63,721 nt of DNA from Bellilinea sp. (lineage in GTDB: Bacteria; Chloroflexota; Anaerolineae; Anaerolineales; Anaerolineaceae), in assembly GCA_037442545.1 (NCBI GenBank), contig JBBIQB010000001.1, positions 1 to 63,721 of the forward strand, read 5' to 3'. The translations under genes and the position numbers were made by a program. The notes beneath the pieces were generated by a model. The model did not search any database and was not told the DNA's origin. It saw nothing but the letters and a program-made list of their open reading frames with translations. Shown here in pieces: positions 1 to 9,505 of the stretch (positions are counted from its first letter, which is position 1; the number at the start of each line of letters is the position of its first letter).

Positions 1-294
1 TGGGGCGTTTCCGCCGCCGCTCCGGTAGCCGCCATGGCTGCCGCGCCGGCTGCCGCTGCCGCGGCTGAGCCGGTGGAAGAAAAGACCGAATTCGATGTCG
101 TCCTCAAGGACGCCGGTCCCAAGAAGATCGAGACCATCAAGGTCATTCGCCAGCTGACCAACTTGGGTCTGGTGGAAGCCAAGACGATGGCGGAAACTGC
201 GGGCGCCAAGGTGCTCAGCGGGGTAGGCAAGGAAGCCGCCAACGACGCCAAATCCAAACTGGAAGCCGCCGGCGCTGTGGTCGAAGTCGCCTGA
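1..294 (+). CDS. rplL: 50S ribosomal protein L7/L12 (5' part lies outside the window)
   Basis: Frame open from base 1: WGVSAAAP, Ala hinge, then [10 protein letters not shown]...[10 protein letters not shown]...LGLVEAK...[10 protein letters not shown], the L7/L12 C-terminal domain. Confidence 0.97.
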   Translation, partial: WGVSAAAPVAAMAAAPAAAAAAEPVEEKTEFDVVLKDAGPKKIETIKVIRQLTNLGLVEAKTMAETAGAKVLSGVGKEAANDAKSKLEAAGAVVEVA

Positions 295-304
295 TTTCTG
301 CGCA

Positions 305-353
305 GACACACACAAAAAACCTCCCGAATTTTCCGGGAGGTTTTTTGTGTGTC
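305..353. terminator. Bidirectional rho-independent terminator
   Basis: AAAAAA-CCTCCCG-loop-CGGGAGG-TTTTTT hairpin between convergent rplL and lexA. Confidence 0.9.
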
Positions 354-373
354 GTTGTTACTATTCCCCGCCG

Positions 374-1099
374 CTACAGGGCGACGGATTTGACCTGGCG
401 GATGACCATGACCACCTTGCCCATAATGCGCAGGCTGGCGGGGTTTTCGACGTAGATGGGTCCCATAGTCGGGTTGGCAGGCTGCAAACGGATGCGGTCC
501 TTTTCTTTGTAGAAATACTTGAGCGTAGTTTCGTCGCGGTCGTCCAGCCAGACGGCCACCATTTCGCCGTTGCTGGCTTCCTGCGCGCGCTTGAGGATGA
601 TCGTATCGCCATCGTTGACCATCGCGTCGATCATCGAGTCTCCCTGCACTTCCAGGGCAAACAATTCATCCGGTTTTTCGCGGGTGGGCAGCAGGCTGCG
701 GGCGATTTCCACGCTGTAGTCCGGGTCGAAGTAAGCCAGGTCGGAGGGGGGTACCGGGATGGGCGCGCTGGCGACGATCCGCCCGAGCACGGGGACGCTG
801 ATCACATCGTCCAGCCGTTCGCCGATTTTGCGCGCAGTGCCAATTGCGCGCGCCAGCAGCCGTTCGGCGGGTTCCAGCACGCGAATCGAGCGCGATATGC
901 GGTCATCGCGGGAGATGTAGCCCATTTGTTCCAGTTGATTGAGGTAGTAATCCACCAACGAAGTGGATTTGACGTTGATACTGTCCCCGATTTCGCGAAT
1001 GGAAGGGGAGTAGCCGTTATCATCCTGAAAACGGGTCAGGAATTCGAGGATTTTGCGATGCCGTTCGCTCAAGCCCTGGCTGCGTCTCGCCATCATCAT
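374..1099 (-). CDS. lexA: LexA SOS repressor
   Basis: N-terminal wHTH (GYSPSIREIG...STSLV), peptidase S24 motifs VQGDSM and TTLKYF, LQPANP; AGGAG RBS precedes ATG 1099 (1096 or 1093 also possible). Confidence 0.95.
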   Translation of the reverse strand: MMMARRSQGLSERHRKILEFLTRFQDDNGYSPSIREIGDSINVKSTSLVDYYLNQLEQMGYISRDDRISRSIRVLEPAERLLARAIGTARKIGERLDDVISVPVLGRIVASAPIPVPPSDLAYFDPDYSVEIARSLLPTREKPDELFALEVQGDSMIDAMVNDGDTIILKRAQEASNGEMVAVWLDDRDETTLKYFYKEKDRIRLQPANPTMGPIYVENPASLRIMGKVVMVIRQVKSVAL

Positions 1100-1166
1100 G
1101 GTTTTCTCCTGAATTAAACCCAATGAATGCCAATTTTTTTCGAATTATTCGACCATTTGTACTACT

Positions 1167-1195
1167 ATAATACACGAACAATTGTTCTGTGTCAA
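1167..1195 (-). promoter_or_regulatory. lexA sigma70 promoter with LexA box in the spacer
   Basis: TTGACA-N17-TATTAT on the minus strand; GAAC-AATT-GTTC at 1176-1187 lies between -35 and -10. Confidence 0.85.
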
Positions 1196-1209
1196 TAGTT
1201 TTTTGATTA

Positions 1210-1977
1210 TTACCCAATGGCGGCTTTCAATTGGCGCGAGAGTTTGCCAAACGCGGCGGTGTAGCGCATGTCCTCGCTGCGCGGACGCGGCAGCGGTACG
1301 CGAAAATCCAGCGCCAGCCGCCCCGGACGCGGGGTGAAGACCAGCACCCGGTCGGAGAGCAGTAAGGCTTCGGAGATGGAGTGAGTCACCATCAGCACGG
1401 TCTTGCGCTGTGCCTGCCAGATGCGCAGCAGCTCGCTGCCCATGCGTTCGCGGGTGAGCGCATCCAGCGAGCCGAAAGGTTCGTCCAGCAGGAGCAGATC
1501 GGGGTCCTGGATCAGCGCGCGGGCAATGGCGACCCGCTGCGCCATGCCGCCGGAAAGATCGCGCGGGAAGACTTCCTCGAAGCCCTTCAGTCCGGTCAGC
1601 TCGATCAACGCCTGCGCCTGCTGGCGGGCTAAACCGGCAGCGATGCCCTGCATTTCCAGCGGCAGGGTGATGTTCTCGATGGCGGTGCGCCAGGGCATCA
1701 GGTTGGCTTGTTGAAAGACGTAGCCAATGCGCGGCGCCTTGCCGCCGGCATAACGGATCTCGCCTTGTGAGGGCGGCAGCAACCCAGAGAGCACCCGCAA
1801 CAGCGTGCTCTTGCCGGAGCCGGACGGACCCAAAATGCAGACAAATTCCTGCGCCTGAACCGAAAAGGTCAGGTCACGCAGTGCCTGCAAACCACCGCCC
1901 TCCGCCGGAAAGATGATGCTCAAATTGCGCACGTGCAGTACGGGGACAGCCGCGACAGATTGCGAGTCGGTGGTCAT
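1210..1977 (-). CDS. ABC transporter ATP-binding protein, NitT/TauT family (riboflavin uptake operon)
   Basis: Walker A GPSGSGKS, LSGGM signature, LLLDEPF, VTH; last gene of the FMN-riboswitch operon. Confidence 0.9.
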   Translation of the reverse strand: MTTDSQSVAAVPVLHVRNLSIIFPAEGGGLQALRDLTFSVQAQEFVCILGPSGSGKSTLLRVLSGLLPPSQGEIRYAGGKAPRIGYVFQQANLMPWRTAIENITLPLEMQGIAAGLARQQAQALIELTGLKGFEEVFPRDLSGGMAQRVAIARALIQDPDLLLLDEPFGSLDALTRERMGSELLRIWQAQRKTVLMVTHSISEALLLSDRVLVFTPRPGRLALDFRVPLPRPRSEDMRYTAAFGKLSRQLKAAIG

Positions 1978-1978
1978 T

Positions 1979-2974
1979 TCAGGGCAGGTAGGCATTGGTA
2001 AAGGCGGCATTCAGGTCGAGCGGCTCGCGAATCAGCCCAATGTCCAGCAAAAGGCGGTGGGTGTTTTCCCAGGCTTGCGGGTCAGATTTTCCCGGCGGGT
2101 CAATCTGGTACAGTTGGATCGAAGCGGTCAGCACCCCGCGCTGGGTGGCAGCGTCCAGCGCGGAAAGGTTTGCCAGGTTTTCGACATGCCGGGTGGAAAT
2201 TTCGTAAGCCGCGTCCGGGTCGGCGGCGGTATCCTGCACGCCGCGCAATATGGCTGCAATCATCTTGCGCACCAGATCGGGGTTTTCGTTGAGCGTTTTT
2301 TCGTTGGTGATCAAGCCGTTGGAAACCAGCGCCAGGCTGTCTGCCACGCGCAGGACGTCAACATCGTAGCCCAGGCTGCGCAGCTGTACCGGCTCGTTGG
2401 TGACGTAGATCACGCCGGCTTCCACTTGCCCGGTGGTCAGCGCTTCCACCTGGTTGAAGCCAATCGATTGTAAGCGCAAATCGGTTTCCTTCAAACCGGC
2501 GGCAGCCAGCAGCGCCTGCAAGCCAATGTAACTTGCCCCGTAGGTGCCAGGGATGCCAACCGTGCGTCCGCGCAGGTCGCCAGGCTGGCGGATGCCCGCC
2601 GTGCGCAGCGAAACCACGCCGACCGGAAAATCGTGATACCAGGACATGACGTACACCACCGGCAATCCTTGGGCTCTGCTCAACAGCACCTGTTCGCCGG
2701 AGACGATGGCAAAGGGAATCTGCCCGGCGCCAACCAGCGCCACGTTGTCGTTCTCCATGCTGTAATCCAGGCTGACATCCAGCCCGACCTGGCGAAAATA
2801 GCCGCGCTCGATGGCAACGTACAGCGGCGCAAACTGGACGTTGGGGATGAAGCCAACCGGCAGGCGAATTGGGGTCAATTCCGGGGTGGGGCTGGCTGCC
2901 GGCGGCGCGGCGCAGCCAGCCAGCAGCGCGGCAAGCAGCAACAGAGTGGGTAGCAGCAGGGGTTTTTGACGCAT
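1979..2974 (-). CDS. ribY: ABC substrate-binding lipoprotein, NMT1/THI5-like; probable riboflavin-binding RibY
   Basis: Lipobox LAGC; [14 protein letters not shown] motif; downstream of an FMN riboswitch. Confidence 0.78.
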   Translation of the reverse strand: MRQKPLLLPTLLLLAALLAGCAAPPAASPTPELTPIRLPVGFIPNVQFAPLYVAIERGYFRQVGLDVSLDYSMENDNVALVGAGQIPFAIVSGEQVLLSRAQGLPVVYVMSWYHDFPVGVVSLRTAGIRQPGDLRGRTVGIPGTYGASYIGLQALLAAAGLKETDLRLQSIGFNQVEALTTGQVEAGVIYVTNEPVQLRSLGYDVDVLRVADSLALVSNGLITNEKTLNENPDLVRKMIAAILRGVQDTAADPDAAYEISTRHVENLANLSALDAATQRGVLTASIQLYQIDPPGKSDPQAWENTHRLLLDIGLIREPLDLNAAFTNAYLP

Positions 2975-2984
2975 GATATCTTCC

Positions 2985-3824
2985 TCAATCCAGGGTTTTA
3001 GTGGTAAAGGGTGGGTTGTTCTCGTTCTTCCACGCCAGCAGGCGGCGCTCCAGGAGAATCACCGCGCCGTAGAGCAGCAGTGCCAGTGTGACCAGGGTGA
3101 ACACGGCGACGAAGACCAGGGCGGTATCGAACTGACCACGCCCGACGTTGATCAAAAAGCCGAGCCCGCGGTCGGCGGCGACCAGCTCACCCACCACCGC
3201 GCCGATCACCGACAGGGTGGCGCCGATGCGCAGCCCGCCCAGGAACACCGGCAGGGCAGCGGGGATTTCCAGGTATTTCAGGTTTTGCCAGCGCGTGGCG
3301 CGTAGCGAACGCATTAGCGCGCGCAGGTCATCCGGCACGGCGCGCAATCCGACCACGGTGTTGACCAGCACCGGGAAGAACACAATCAGCGAGCAGATCA
3401 GCACTTTGGAAAAAATGCCGGGTCCGAACCAGATCACCAGCAGCGGGGCAATGGCGACGATCGGGATCGCCTGGCTGGCGACCAGGTAGGGGGCTGCCAG
3501 TTTTTCGAACAGCGGGGATTTGGCAATGGCATAGCCGATCAGGGTTGCCAGCAGGGTGCCCGCCAGCAAGCCGAGGGTCACTTCCAGCAGTGTAGCAGAG
3601 GTGTGGCGCAGCAAGGTGCCGTCGCCGAGCGCCTGGGCAAAGCGGGACGCCACCCTGCCGGGCGAGGGCAGGATGAAGGCTGGCAGCTGGGTAATTCGCG
3701 CCAGCGCCTCCCACAAGATCAATGCCAGCAGCAGCGAGAGCGGGGTGAGCACCAGGCGCAGGCGGCGCAGCCAGGCGGCTACGCCGGGTTGCAGGTTGTT
3801 CAGGTTGGGCAGACTGATTTCCAT
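2985..3824 (-). CDS. ribX: ABC permease; probable riboflavin transporter RibX
   Basis: TauC-like permease ([27 protein letters not shown]); AAAGGA RBS before ATG 3824; first gene after the FMN riboswitch. Confidence 0.78.
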   Translation of the reverse strand: MEISLPNLNNLQPGVAAWLRRLRLVLTPLSLLLALILWEALARITQLPAFILPSPGRVASRFAQALGDGTLLRHTSATLLEVTLGLLAGTLLATLIGYAIAKSPLFEKLAAPYLVASQAIPIVAIAPLLVIWFGPGIFSKVLICSLIVFFPVLVNTVVGLRAVPDDLRALMRSLRATRWQNLKYLEIPAALPVFLGGLRIGATLSVIGAVVGELVAADRGLGFLINVGRGQFDTALVFVAVFTLVTLALLLYGAVILLERRLLAWKNENNPPFTTKTLD

Positions 3825-3858
3825 GCGACATTCCTTTCGTGTCTGCGGTTGGGGGCAA

Positions 3859-3889
3859 CAAAAAACCCCAAAAACAGGCGTTTTCGGGG
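3859..3889 (-). terminator. FMN riboswitch expression-platform terminator
   Basis: Minus strand CCCCGAAAAC-GCCT-GTTTTTGGGG followed by a U tract. Confidence 0.75.
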
Positions 3890-3927
3890 CAGGACAGCAG
3901 CGACCCAGACCACAGTCGTTGCGTTTC

Positions 3928-4053
3928 ACCTTCTTTTATCCGGACTTTACCGTCGACCCCGGAATTTCACCGGGTCATGCGTTTTCAGGCGCTCGTGGGT
4001 TGTACCACCGATCGGGAATTGGAAGCGGTGCTTCCTCACCCTGCCCCGAAGGT
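3928..4053 (-). ncRNA. FMN (RFN) riboswitch
   Basis: Minus strand CCTTCGGGGCAGGGTGA...AATTCCCGATCGGTGGT...ACCCGGTGAAATTCCGG...CGACGGTAAAGTCCGGATAAAAGAAGG matches the RFN consensus. Confidence 0.95.
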
Positions 4054-4071
4054 TTTTATTCAATTGAGTTA

Positions 4072-4100
4072 ATTATAGATTTAGAATGCGCCCGTGTCAA
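4072..4100 (-). promoter_or_regulatory. Sigma70 promoter for the FMN-riboswitch operon
   Basis: Perfect TTGACA-N17-TATAAT on the minus strand. Confidence 0.88.
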
Positions 4101-4137
4101 CCTGACGAATGTCAACATTGTATCCCGGGCATTTGGC

Positions 4138-4166
4138 TTGACACTCCCGCGCTTCCGCAATACAAT
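4138..4166 (+). promoter_or_regulatory. Sigma70 promoter for the cobalamin-riboswitch operon
   Basis: TTGACA-N17-TACAAT. Confidence 0.85.
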
Positions 4167-4182
4167 CAAAGCAACAATTGAA

Positions 4183-4319
4183 TGAGTGCCTGATAGGTGC
4201 CCTGCTCCCCGGATGGAAGGGCTTAAAGGCGAAACCGGTGCAAGTCCGGTGCTGTCGCGCAACTGTGATTTCGGCTGATTGAGCCGAAAAAGCCAGGACG
4301 CCCGCCGTTCAGGCGTTCA
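4183..4319 (+). ncRNA. Cobalamin riboswitch
   Basis: P1 TGAGTGCCTGA/TCAGGCGTTCA; AAAGGCGAAACCGGTGCAAGTCCGGTGCTGTCGCGCAACTGT core; AGCCAGGACGCCCGCC B12 box; upstream of btuFCD. Confidence 0.92.
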
Positions 4320-4385
4320 CCACACTCTCGCGGAAAGGAGGTGGGGAACTTTGGACTGGCAACAACGCAAACTCCAAAATCTCCT

Positions 4386-4414
4386 CTCCCTGCCCGCACC
4401 AGGCAGGGAGTTTT
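4386..4414 (+). terminator. Cobalamin riboswitch terminator
   Basis: CTCCCTGCC-loop-GGCAGGGAG-TTTT. Confidence 0.8.
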
Positions 4415-4528
4415 CGTTGTCATCGCCAGCGCCCCCGCACGGATCGATTCACCTGCCCTGACAGTTGCCGGCGTTGCCGGCGCAACCATACCCAACCAAA
4501 AACCCTTTCAATGTCAAAAGGATACCCC

Positions 4529-5464
4529 ATGAAACGAAGTTCGATAGCAATCGTTCTGACCCTGGCACTCACCTTGATCCTGGCGGCGTGCAGCCCGGCT
4601 GCCACGCCCCAGCCGACCCCCACCGCCAGCCCGATCTCGCTGATCGATGGTTTGGGACGCTCGGTGATTCTGCAATCGCCTGCCCAGCGCGTGGTTTCGC
4701 TCGCCCCATCCAACACCGAAATCCTGTTCGCCATTGGCGCGGGCGCGCAAACCATCGGGCGGGATGAGTTCAGTAATTATCCGCCCGAAGCGGCCGGGCT
4801 GCCCTCGGTTGGCGGCTCGATGGGCAATTATTCGATCGAGCAGATCGTCGCACTGACGCCCGACCTGGTGCTGGCAGCCGAGATCAATGCGCCGGAACTG
4901 GTCAAATCGCTGGAAGACGCCGGGCTGACCGTGTACTACCTCAGCAATCCAGCCGACCTGGCTGGCATGTACAACATGCTGCTTACCGTTGGCACGCTGA
5001 CCGGCAGGCGCGGCGAAGCCGAAAGCCTGGTTGCCAACCTAACCGTGCGCGCGGCGGTGGTCGAGCAGAAACTTTCCCAGGTCAGCCAGCGCCCGACCGT
5101 CTTCTACGAGATTGACGGCAGCGAACCGGCAAAACCGTGGACCGCCGGCAGCGGCACTTTCATCGACACGCTGTTGAATCAAGCCGCGGCGGACAACATT
5201 GGCGCGGCGATGGGTATGCCCTACGGGCAAATGAGCATCGAAGCTCTGCTGGAAGCCGACCCCGATTTCATCCTGCTCGGCGATGCGAATTACGGCGTAA
5301 CGCCGGAACAGGTTGCCGCGCGCGCCGGCTGGGAGCAGCTGCGCGCGGTGAAAGCGGGACGCGTGCTGCCGTTCGATGATGACCTGGTCAGCCGCCCGGG
5401 TCCCCGCCAGGTAGAAGGCTTGGAACTGCTGGCGAAACTGATCCACCCCGACCTGTTTAAATAA
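4529..5464 (+). CDS. btuF: Cobalamin ABC transporter substrate-binding lipoprotein
   Basis: Lipobox LAAC; RVVSLAPSNTEILFAIG and SRPGPR motifs; cobalamin riboswitch upstream. Confidence 0.88.
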   Translation: MKRSSIAIVLTLALTLILAACSPAATPQPTPTASPISLIDGLGRSVILQSPAQRVVSLAPSNTEILFAIGAGAQTIGRDEFSNYPPEAAGLPSVGGSMGNYSIEQIVALTPDLVLAAEINAPELVKSLEDAGLTVYYLSNPADLAGMYNMLLTVGTLTGRRGEAESLVANLTVRAAVVEQKLSQVSQRPTVFYEIDGSEPAKPWTAGSGTFIDTLLNQAAADNIGAAMGMPYGQMSIEALLEADPDFILLGDANYGVTPEQVAARAGWEQLRAVKAGRVLPFDDDLVSRPGPRQVEGLELLAKLIHPDLFK

Positions 5465-5476
5465 GCACTGGAAAAC

Positions 5477-6502
5477 ATGGAACACACTGCCCGTCCCTAC
5501 TGGTATGCCCTTCTGGCACTGCTGGCAGCCCTGCTGTTGAGCGTGATGGTGGGCAGTGTGTTCCTTTCGCCGTCTGTACTGGCGGCGACCTTGTGGGCAG
5601 CGCTGAGCGGCACGCCCACGGATGATCTGCGGGTTTCCAGCACGATTGTGTTTTCCCTGCGCCTGCCGCGCACCGTGCTGGTGGCGATGACCGGCGCGGC
5701 GCTGGCAGGCAGTGGTGCGGCATATCAGGGGTTGTTCCGCAATCCGCTGGCAGACCCGTACCTGATCGGCGTGGCTTCCGGCGCGGGGTTGGGCGCGGTG
5801 GCGGCAATGAGCCTGAACTGGCGCTACGACGCGCTGGGGTTGATGGCTGTCCCGCTGGCGGCGTTCAGCGCTGCCCTGCTGACGGTTCTGGTGGTGTACC
5901 AACTGGCACGCTCCGGGCACACCCTGCCGGTGACCAACCTGGTGCTGGCTGGCGTGGCGGTCAGTTCGTTTGCCGGCGCGTTGACCTCGTTTTTGATGCT
6001 CAATTCGACTGGCGAACTGCGCCGCGCGCTCGCCTGGCTGCTGGGCGGTTCCGCCCTGACCGGCTGGCAGCCGGTGCTGGCACTGCTGCCCTACTGGCTG
6101 GTCGGTCTGGGCGGCTTGCTGACGATGGGGCACGCGCTCAACGTGATGCAGTTCGGCGACGAGCAGGCACAGCAGTTGGGCTTGCCGGTGGTGCGCGCCC
6201 GCCGCTTGATCATAATCGCCGCGTCGTTGACCAGCGCGGCGGCGGTTTCGTTTGCCGGGATCATCGGTTTCGTCGGGCTGATCGTCCCGCACCTGCTGCG
6301 CATGTTGACCGGCGGCGATTACCGCCGCCTGCTGCCCCTCTCGCTGCTGGGTGGGGCGGCGTTTCTGTTGTTCGCAGATGTGCTGGCGCGGCTGGTTCTG
6401 GCGCCGCAGGAACTGCCGGTCGGCATGATCACCGCGCTGGCTGGCGCGCCGTTTTTCTTGTGGATTCTCAGGCGTTCGCGCCAGCAGCCCCATTGGAGTT
6501 GA
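5477..6502 (+). CDS. btuC: Cobalamin ABC transporter permease (FecCD family)
   Basis: LRLPR, YQGLFRNPLADPYLIG, GIIGFVGLIVPH, ELPVG motifs. Confidence 0.88.
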   Translation: MEHTARPYWYALLALLAALLLSVMVGSVFLSPSVLAATLWAALSGTPTDDLRVSSTIVFSLRLPRTVLVAMTGAALAGSGAAYQGLFRNPLADPYLIGVASGAGLGAVAAMSLNWRYDALGLMAVPLAAFSAALLTVLVVYQLARSGHTLPVTNLVLAGVAVSSFAGALTSFLMLNSTGELRRALAWLLGGSALTGWQPVLALLPYWLVGLGGLLTMGHALNVMQFGDEQAQQLGLPVVRARRLIIIAASLTSAAAVSFAGIIGFVGLIVPHLLRMLTGGDYRRLLPLSLLGGAAFLLFADVLARLVLAPQELPVGMITALAGAPFFLWILRRSRQQPHWS

Positions 6503-6504
6503 CC

Positions 6505-7308
6505 ATGCTCGAAGTCAATCACCTGACCATTGGCTATAATCAAACCCCGGTTTTGAAGGATGTCAGTTTCCGCTTGCAGGAAGGGGAAATGCTGGCGGTG
6601 ATCGGTCCCAACGGGGCGGGTAAATCCACCCTGGTGCGCGCGTTAAGCGGGGTGATTCCCGCGCCGCCGGGCTCGATCTGCTGCAACGGGCGCGACCTGA
6701 CCCAGCTGCCGGTGCAGGAACGGGCGCGGGTGCTGACCGTGGTACCGCAAGCGCGCGCGGTTCCGCCGGGGTTTACCGCCTGGCAGGTGGTCTCGCTGGG
6801 GCGCACACCCTACCTGAACTGGTTTGGGCAGATCTCCCGCGCGGATGAGGTGTTGATCCGCGAGGCGATGAGCCGTACCAACACGCTGCACCTGGCGGAA
6901 CGCATGATTGGCGAATTGTCGGGGGGCGAATTGCAGCGCCTGCTGCTGGCGCGGGCACTGGTGCAAGCCACGCCGTTGATGCTGCTGGACGAACCGACCA
7001 CCCACCTGGATTTGCAGTACCAGATTGCGCTGCTCAACCTGGTGCGCGGGCTGGTCGAACAGCCGCCGCAGACCGCCGCGGACAATGGGCAGCGCCTGTC
7101 GGCGGCGCTGGTGGTGCTGCACGACCTGAACCTTGTGGCGCGCTACGCCGATCGGGTGCTGCTACTGGTGGATGGGGTGGCGCGCGCCTTTGGCAGCCAG
7201 AGCGAGGTGCTGCGCCCGGCGCTGCTGAGCGAAGCCTTCGGCATCCCGCTGGAGGTGATGCGCAGCCCGAACGGCAAATACCCGTTGGTGGTGCCGCGCA
7301 TGGCGTAG
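6505..7308 (+). CDS. btuD: Cobalamin ABC transporter ATP-binding protein
   Basis: GPNGAGKST, LSGGE, LLDEPTTHLD, VLHDLN. Confidence 0.85.
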   Translation: MLEVNHLTIGYNQTPVLKDVSFRLQEGEMLAVIGPNGAGKSTLVRALSGVIPAPPGSICCNGRDLTQLPVQERARVLTVVPQARAVPPGFTAWQVVSLGRTPYLNWFGQISRADEVLIREAMSRTNTLHLAERMIGELSGGELQRLLLARALVQATPLMLLDEPTTHLDLQYQIALLNLVRGLVEQPPQTAADNGQRLSAALVVLHDLNLVARYADRVLLLVDGVARAFGSQSEVLRPALLSEAFGIPLEVMRSPNGKYPLVVPRMA

Positions 7309-7396
7309 CCGCACTGGTCAGTCACGGCAGGCTGTGGCATAATTCACACCGGGCGGGGCAGCCGATTGCGCCCAAACCCTCCGACTGAGGCAGGCC

Positions 7397-7675
7397 ATGC
7401 AGGTCAACCTTTACGCTACCTTCCGGCTGATTGCCAAAACCAGATCGCTGCACCTGGATTTACCCGCCGGCACCACCGTGCGCCAGGCAGTTGATGCGAT
7501 TCTCACCCAACTGCCGGAACTGCACACCCACTGGCTAAACACCGAAGGGCAAATACACGCCCACGTGCACGGCTTTGTCAACGGGCAGGATGTGGCTATT
7601 TTGCCGCTGGAATGGGATACCCCCCTCCAGGCGGGGGATGTGCTCGATTTCTTCCCACCAGTCGCAGGCGGGTGA
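7397..7675 (+). CDS. MoaD/ThiS/SAMP-like ubiquitin-fold sulfur carrier
   Basis: 92 aa, VNG motif, C-terminal FFPPVAGG. Confidence 0.9.
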   Translation: MQVNLYATFRLIAKTRSLHLDLPAGTTVRQAVDAILTQLPELHTHWLNTEGQIHAHVHGFVNGQDVAILPLEWDTPLQAGDVLDFFPPVAGG

Positions 7676-7735
7676 GGGTAACCGGCAGCCGTCAGTACAC
7701 CCGGCTGCTGACCGCTGGGGCAGGGCGGACGCTGC

Positions 7736-8134
7736 TCAGGCGGTCACTTTGGTCTGGATGGAAAATTGGGGTGGGTTTTCCATGTGCTTCTTGACGGCGC
7801 ACTGCTCGGCGGAACGCACCAGCGCATCGTAATACTTTTGCGGAAAATCCGGGGGTACCTGAATCTCCATTTCCACCTGGTCGACCATGCCGGTCAGCGG
7901 GTTGCGCCGGTCGCGCTGGACGATGCGAATGCCTTCCGTGGGCAGTTCGCGCTGGCGGCAAAAACCGAGCACGTAAATGCCTGCGCAGGTTGCCAGCGAA
8001 GCCAAAAATACAGCAAAGGGGGTCGGGGCGGAGCCTTCACCGCCACCCATCGGCGGCTGGTCGGTGCGGACGGTGTACGGACCAAATTGCGCGTCCACCC
8101 GCGCGCCGCCGGGAAAATTGACGATCATTTCCAT
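7736..8134 (-). CDS. OsmC family protein
   Basis: TDQP...GGEGSAPTP...SLATCAG and second Cys in EQCAVKK. Confidence 0.88.
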   Translation of the reverse strand: MEMIVNFPGGARVDAQFGPYTVRTDQPPMGGGEGSAPTPFAVFLASLATCAGIYVLGFCRQRELPTEGIRIVQRDRRNPLTGMVDQVEMEIQVPPDFPQKYYDALVRSAEQCAVKKHMENPPQFSIQTKVTA

Positions 8135-8180
8135 GTTGCGGGTTCTCCAATTCGTGCATTTGTTTCTTCCTATATAGATG

Positions 8181-9482
8181 CTATTCGGGTTTGAAGGTTG
8201 CAGCAGCGGGCTGCATTTGCGCGCTTTGTTTACCCACTGGGTGCCAGAAGAAGCGCCAGTAGAGGAAGATCGAGATCACGTACAGCACCAGGGTAGCCAC
8301 AAAAGCCGGCTGAAACCCGTAATTGACTTGAATCCAGCCGGAGATCTGCGGCGAGAACGCCCAGCCGACGTTGTTCGCCATGCTCACCAGGCTGGCAACT
8401 GTGGCGCGGGCGGAGGGTTGCACTTTTTCCATCACAAACGCCTGGTACACCGGCAGGCTCATGTTCATCAGCGTCAGGCGGACGTAGTAGGCGGCGGCAC
8501 TAAAGGCAAACCAGGGCGCAAAACCGAGCATAAAGAGGAAGGGAATTGACAGCGCCTGGGTGATGACCACCAGTTGAATTTTTCCATAGCGGTCCGCCAG
8601 CGGCGGGGCGATTAGCAGCCCAATGCCCATTGCCAGCGAGCCCCAGGCGAACATGGCGCCGATCACCGGGTCGGGCTGATTGTGGACGTTGCGAAAGAAA
8701 ACATTCATAAACGGCATGACCAGCCCTGCGCCGAGGGAGGTCACCAGCATCGGCAGGATCAATTTACCCAGCAGGCGCGAATTTTTGCCAAAGTACGCCA
8801 GCGGGGTAAACACTGAGCGTCGTTCGCGGGGGATGTTGAGCGAGCGCAGAAAGAATAGCGGCAGGATGCCGGCAGCACCGCCCACGGCAATGGCTGCCAG
8901 CGAGGCAGCATAGGCTGCTGGGCTGGTCGGGCTGCCACCCTGCAGGGCTGCCAGCCAGGTGGGCAGGTAACCGCCGATCCAGTTGCCGAAGAAGGCGGAC
9001 GCCATTTGCAGCCCGGAGGTAAAGCTGAACAGGTAGGTGCGTTCCTTTTCGCCGCTGTTTTCCATCAGGAACGGACCCATGGTCACCCCGGTCAGGCTTT
9101 GCGCCAGCCCAAGCACGATGTTCATCAGGACGAACATGAGCGCGGTGGGGAAGACGACCATTCCGATCACCGCCAGGCTGAGGACCGCCCCGCCGATGAT
9201 CAGCGAGGTCTTGTGACCGATGCTGTCCACCAGATAGCCCATCGGCAGCGCCGCCAGCAGGGCGGTCAGGCTGGAGGTGGTGATCAGGGTACCCAGCAGG
9301 GCTTCGTCGTAGCCCAATGAAAGGACATAGAAATTGAACAGCAGGCGGAAAACGCCCAGCGCGGCGCCGGTCAGGATGACGCTGAACAGGTAAAGGCGGG
9401 CGTTGGGCTGAAATGAGCCGACGCGGTCGAAGTAGTTCGCCAGCATCTTGGGCGTGCCGGCGGTTGATGGCTTGAATTTCAA
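8181..9482 (-). CDS. MFS transporter
   Basis: About 12 hydrophobic segments; GYLVDSIG and PPLADRYGK loop motifs; TTG start with GGAGG RBS. Confidence 0.88.
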   Translation of the reverse strand: MKFKPSTAGTPKMLANYFDRVGSFQPNARLYLFSVILTGAALGVFRLLFNFYVLSLGYDEALLGTLITTSSLTALLAALPMGYLVDSIGHKTSLIIGGAVLSLAVIGMVVFPTALMFVLMNIVLGLAQSLTGVTMGPFLMENSGEKERTYLFSFTSGLQMASAFFGNWIGGYLPTWLAALQGGSPTSPAAYAASLAAIAVGGAAGILPLFFLRSLNIPRERRSVFTPLAYFGKNSRLLGKLILPMLVTSLGAGLVMPFMNVFFRNVHNQPDPVIGAMFAWGSLAMGIGLLIAPPLADRYGKIQLVVITQALSIPFLFMLGFAPWFAFSAAAYYVRLTLMNMSLPVYQAFVMEKVQPSARATVASLVSMANNVGWAFSPQISGWIQVNYGFQPAFVATLVLYVISIFLYWRFFWHPVGKQSAQMQPAAATFKPE

Positions 9483-9505
9483 GGGGTTGCCTCCAAAAAG
9501 AGGGT

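Noticed and set aside
1979-3824. ABC system as a thiamine-precursor (ThiXYZ) or sulfonate importer
   Set aside because: The upstream aptamer is FMN-type, not TPP, which favours riboflavin
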